Shown here piece by piece: positions 62,704 to 64,000 of a DNA stretch of 64,000 bases. Source of the stretch: an uncultured beta proteobacterium (GTDB lineage: Bacteria > Pseudomonadota > Gammaproteobacteria > Burkholderiales > Burkholderiaceae_D); the NCBI GenBank assembly GCA_963707665.1, contig CAVPQU010000020.1, positions 7,615 to 71,614 on the forward strand, in the 5' to 3' direction. How positions within the stretch are numbered: position 1 is the first letter of the stretch; each line of letters opens with the position of its first letter. The translations under genes were made by a program, and so were the position numbers. Below the pieces are notes generated by a model that saw nothing but the letters and a program-made list of their open reading frames with translations, ran no database searches and had not been told where the DNA came from.

Positions 62704-64000
62704 GGGTAAGCAGGCAATTTCCGCAGGGGATCAGTCAACAAATGTGATCGCCGGTGGAGATGTCTATCTCAATCTTGGGGAAAATGTTCCGACGGAGCTT
62801 GTCGACCAAAAAATAGAAGAAGAACTTGAAAAACTGAAGAAGTCCCGATTCTTCGATGAGTTCGACACGACTGGATCGTCGTTGCGGCTTGGGAGACGTC
62901 TTGCAGAGGGGAATCTTTCGGGTGGGTCGGACGCAGTAAGGGGGCGGGCGTTGGCGTGGTGCGCCAGATTATTATCTCGTTCAGAGAATATCGAGAGGGG
63001 GGTAGAGTTTCTGAACTGCGCGAAAGACCTCGGAAATTTTGTAGAAGCCAGGATTGCAGAAGCATTTATTCTTTCCCAGAAGGGGGATAAGGCAGCATCA
63101 CTTAAGGCCCTTGCCGAGATCGATTCGGACGTTTCACATTCTGCTGGCTTGCTGATTGTGGCATATCATGACGGCGCCGAAGGCGCTCTAAGGTGGATGA
63201 ATGATGCGGGCTACACAGTCGGGAAGCTGGATTCGGACGGCAAGGGCTTTCTCTTAAGCCATCAGCTTCAACTCGGTCGTTGGGGCGATGTCGAGCAGAC
63301 GGCCGGTGCGCTTATCGAGGCGGACTTTGACGAGACTCCAGTTCTCCACCATTTGGCAGCTTTGGCAACGCTGTTGCCCACCGTCCCGCGGGATTTTCGC
63401 GCTATTGTTCTGACACAGGTTCCCTTTGAAGTGCGGGAATTTCCCCTAGCGTCAGATGCCGTTGCGATGGATGCGCGGCGTGCGGCTCACCAACACTTTC
63501 TCAATGCGGTTGAGGCCGCAAAGAAGTTGGCTTGTCCGGGCGCTGCGGGAACGGATGACGAGTATGCGCTTTGGCTCGAAATGCGCGACCCAGCGCAGAG
63601 CGCACACGGCAAGAACAGGTTGCAAAACAAACTTCGCGATTCAAACACCGCGCTCGGTTTCGTCCACTATGCACTTAAGTTCGGCATCAAATTGGACCTA
63701 GACGCAGTCGAACGGGATATTGAACGGAGTATCGCCATAAATGGTGGAATGACCATTGATGCTGCTATTGCTCGTTTCGCCCTTGCATTTACGCAGTCGA
63801 CTCCCGAGGAGGCGGCCAACTATATCTCCCGCTACCACAATCAACTCTCTGGCCACATCGATGCCAAACTGATGCGGCATCGTTATATCGAATTGCTTTC
63901 GCGCGCGGGTTTGATCGAGAGGGCGAACGAGGTACTCGACTGGCTGCTAGAAGAGGGAATCCCTGCTGAACAAGAAAATAGTCTCCGAAGGATTATTTCC
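62693..64000 (+). CDS. Large alpha-helical-repeat (TPR-like?) protein, N-terminal 436 codons; 3' end lies outside the window
   Basis: Absent from the ORF track because no stop is reached. ATG 62693 is open through base 64000 (1308 nt = 436 codons). The N-terminal QAISAGDQSTNVIAGGDVYLN motif matches the upstream small protein, and the rest is helix-rich. About 50% GC against about 65% in the flanks. Confidence 0.7.
   Translation, partial: MWNKGKQAISAGDQSTNVIAGGDVYLNLGENVPTELVDQKIEEELEKLKKSRFFDEFDTTGSSLRLGRRLAEGNLSGGSDAVRGRALAWCARLLSRSENIERGVEFLNCAKDLGNFVEARIAEAFILSQKGDKAASLKALAEIDSDVSHSAGLLIVAYHDGAEGALRWMNDAGYTVGKLDSDGKGFLLSHQLQLGRWGDVEQTAGALIEADFDETPVLHHLAALATLLPTVPRDFRAIVLTQVPFEVREFPLASDAVAMDARRAAHQHFLNAVEAAKKLACPGAAGTDDEYALWLEMRDPAQSAHGKNRLQNKLRDSNTALGFVHYALKFGIKLDLDAVERDIERSIAINGGMTIDAAIARFALAFTQSTPEEAANYISRYHNQLSGHIDAKLMRHRYIELLSRAGLIERANEVLDWLLEEGIPAEQENSLRRIIS

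Overview
High-GC (about 64-65% by eye) betaproteobacterial chromosome segment. Gene content looks Burkholderiales/Oxalobacteraceae-like, but that is inference. The window is densely packed with about 63 protein genes and one tRNA-Arg(CCG). I saw no rRNA, CRISPR array, IS element, integrase or phage genes. Most genes are ordinary core functions: a PaoABC-like periplasmic aldehyde oxidoreductase, FadH, Kup, EttA, MscL, DinB, RdgC, an acyl-CoA-ligase/Liv-type ABC/PaaK-like cluster, a LysR-controlled mmsA-mmsB cluster, and a small stress-protein cluster. Four things stand out. (1) A dispersed intergenic element that I do not recognise occurs 8 times. It consists of two direct ATACYCC boxes whose starts are exactly 53 bp apart (54 bp in one copy). 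The spacer sequence is not conserved but carries phased A/T tracts. Two copies lie between convergent genes. (2) GC content drops sharply after lysE at about 62014. This low-GC island carries a translationally coupled pair: a 70-aa single-TM protein and a large helical-repeat protein that runs off the window and is absent from the ORF track. The two proteins share a 21-residue motif, and an inverted-repeat-flanked 110-bp segment lies upstream of them. (3) At least 11 single-base frame disruptions affect 8 otherwise conserved genes. This pattern looks like assembly indel error rather than true pseudogenisation. (4) The ABC operon contains palindromic REP-like elements, including a 400-bp composite between two permease genes. 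All coordinates and motifs were read by eye from the sequence. No database search was run.
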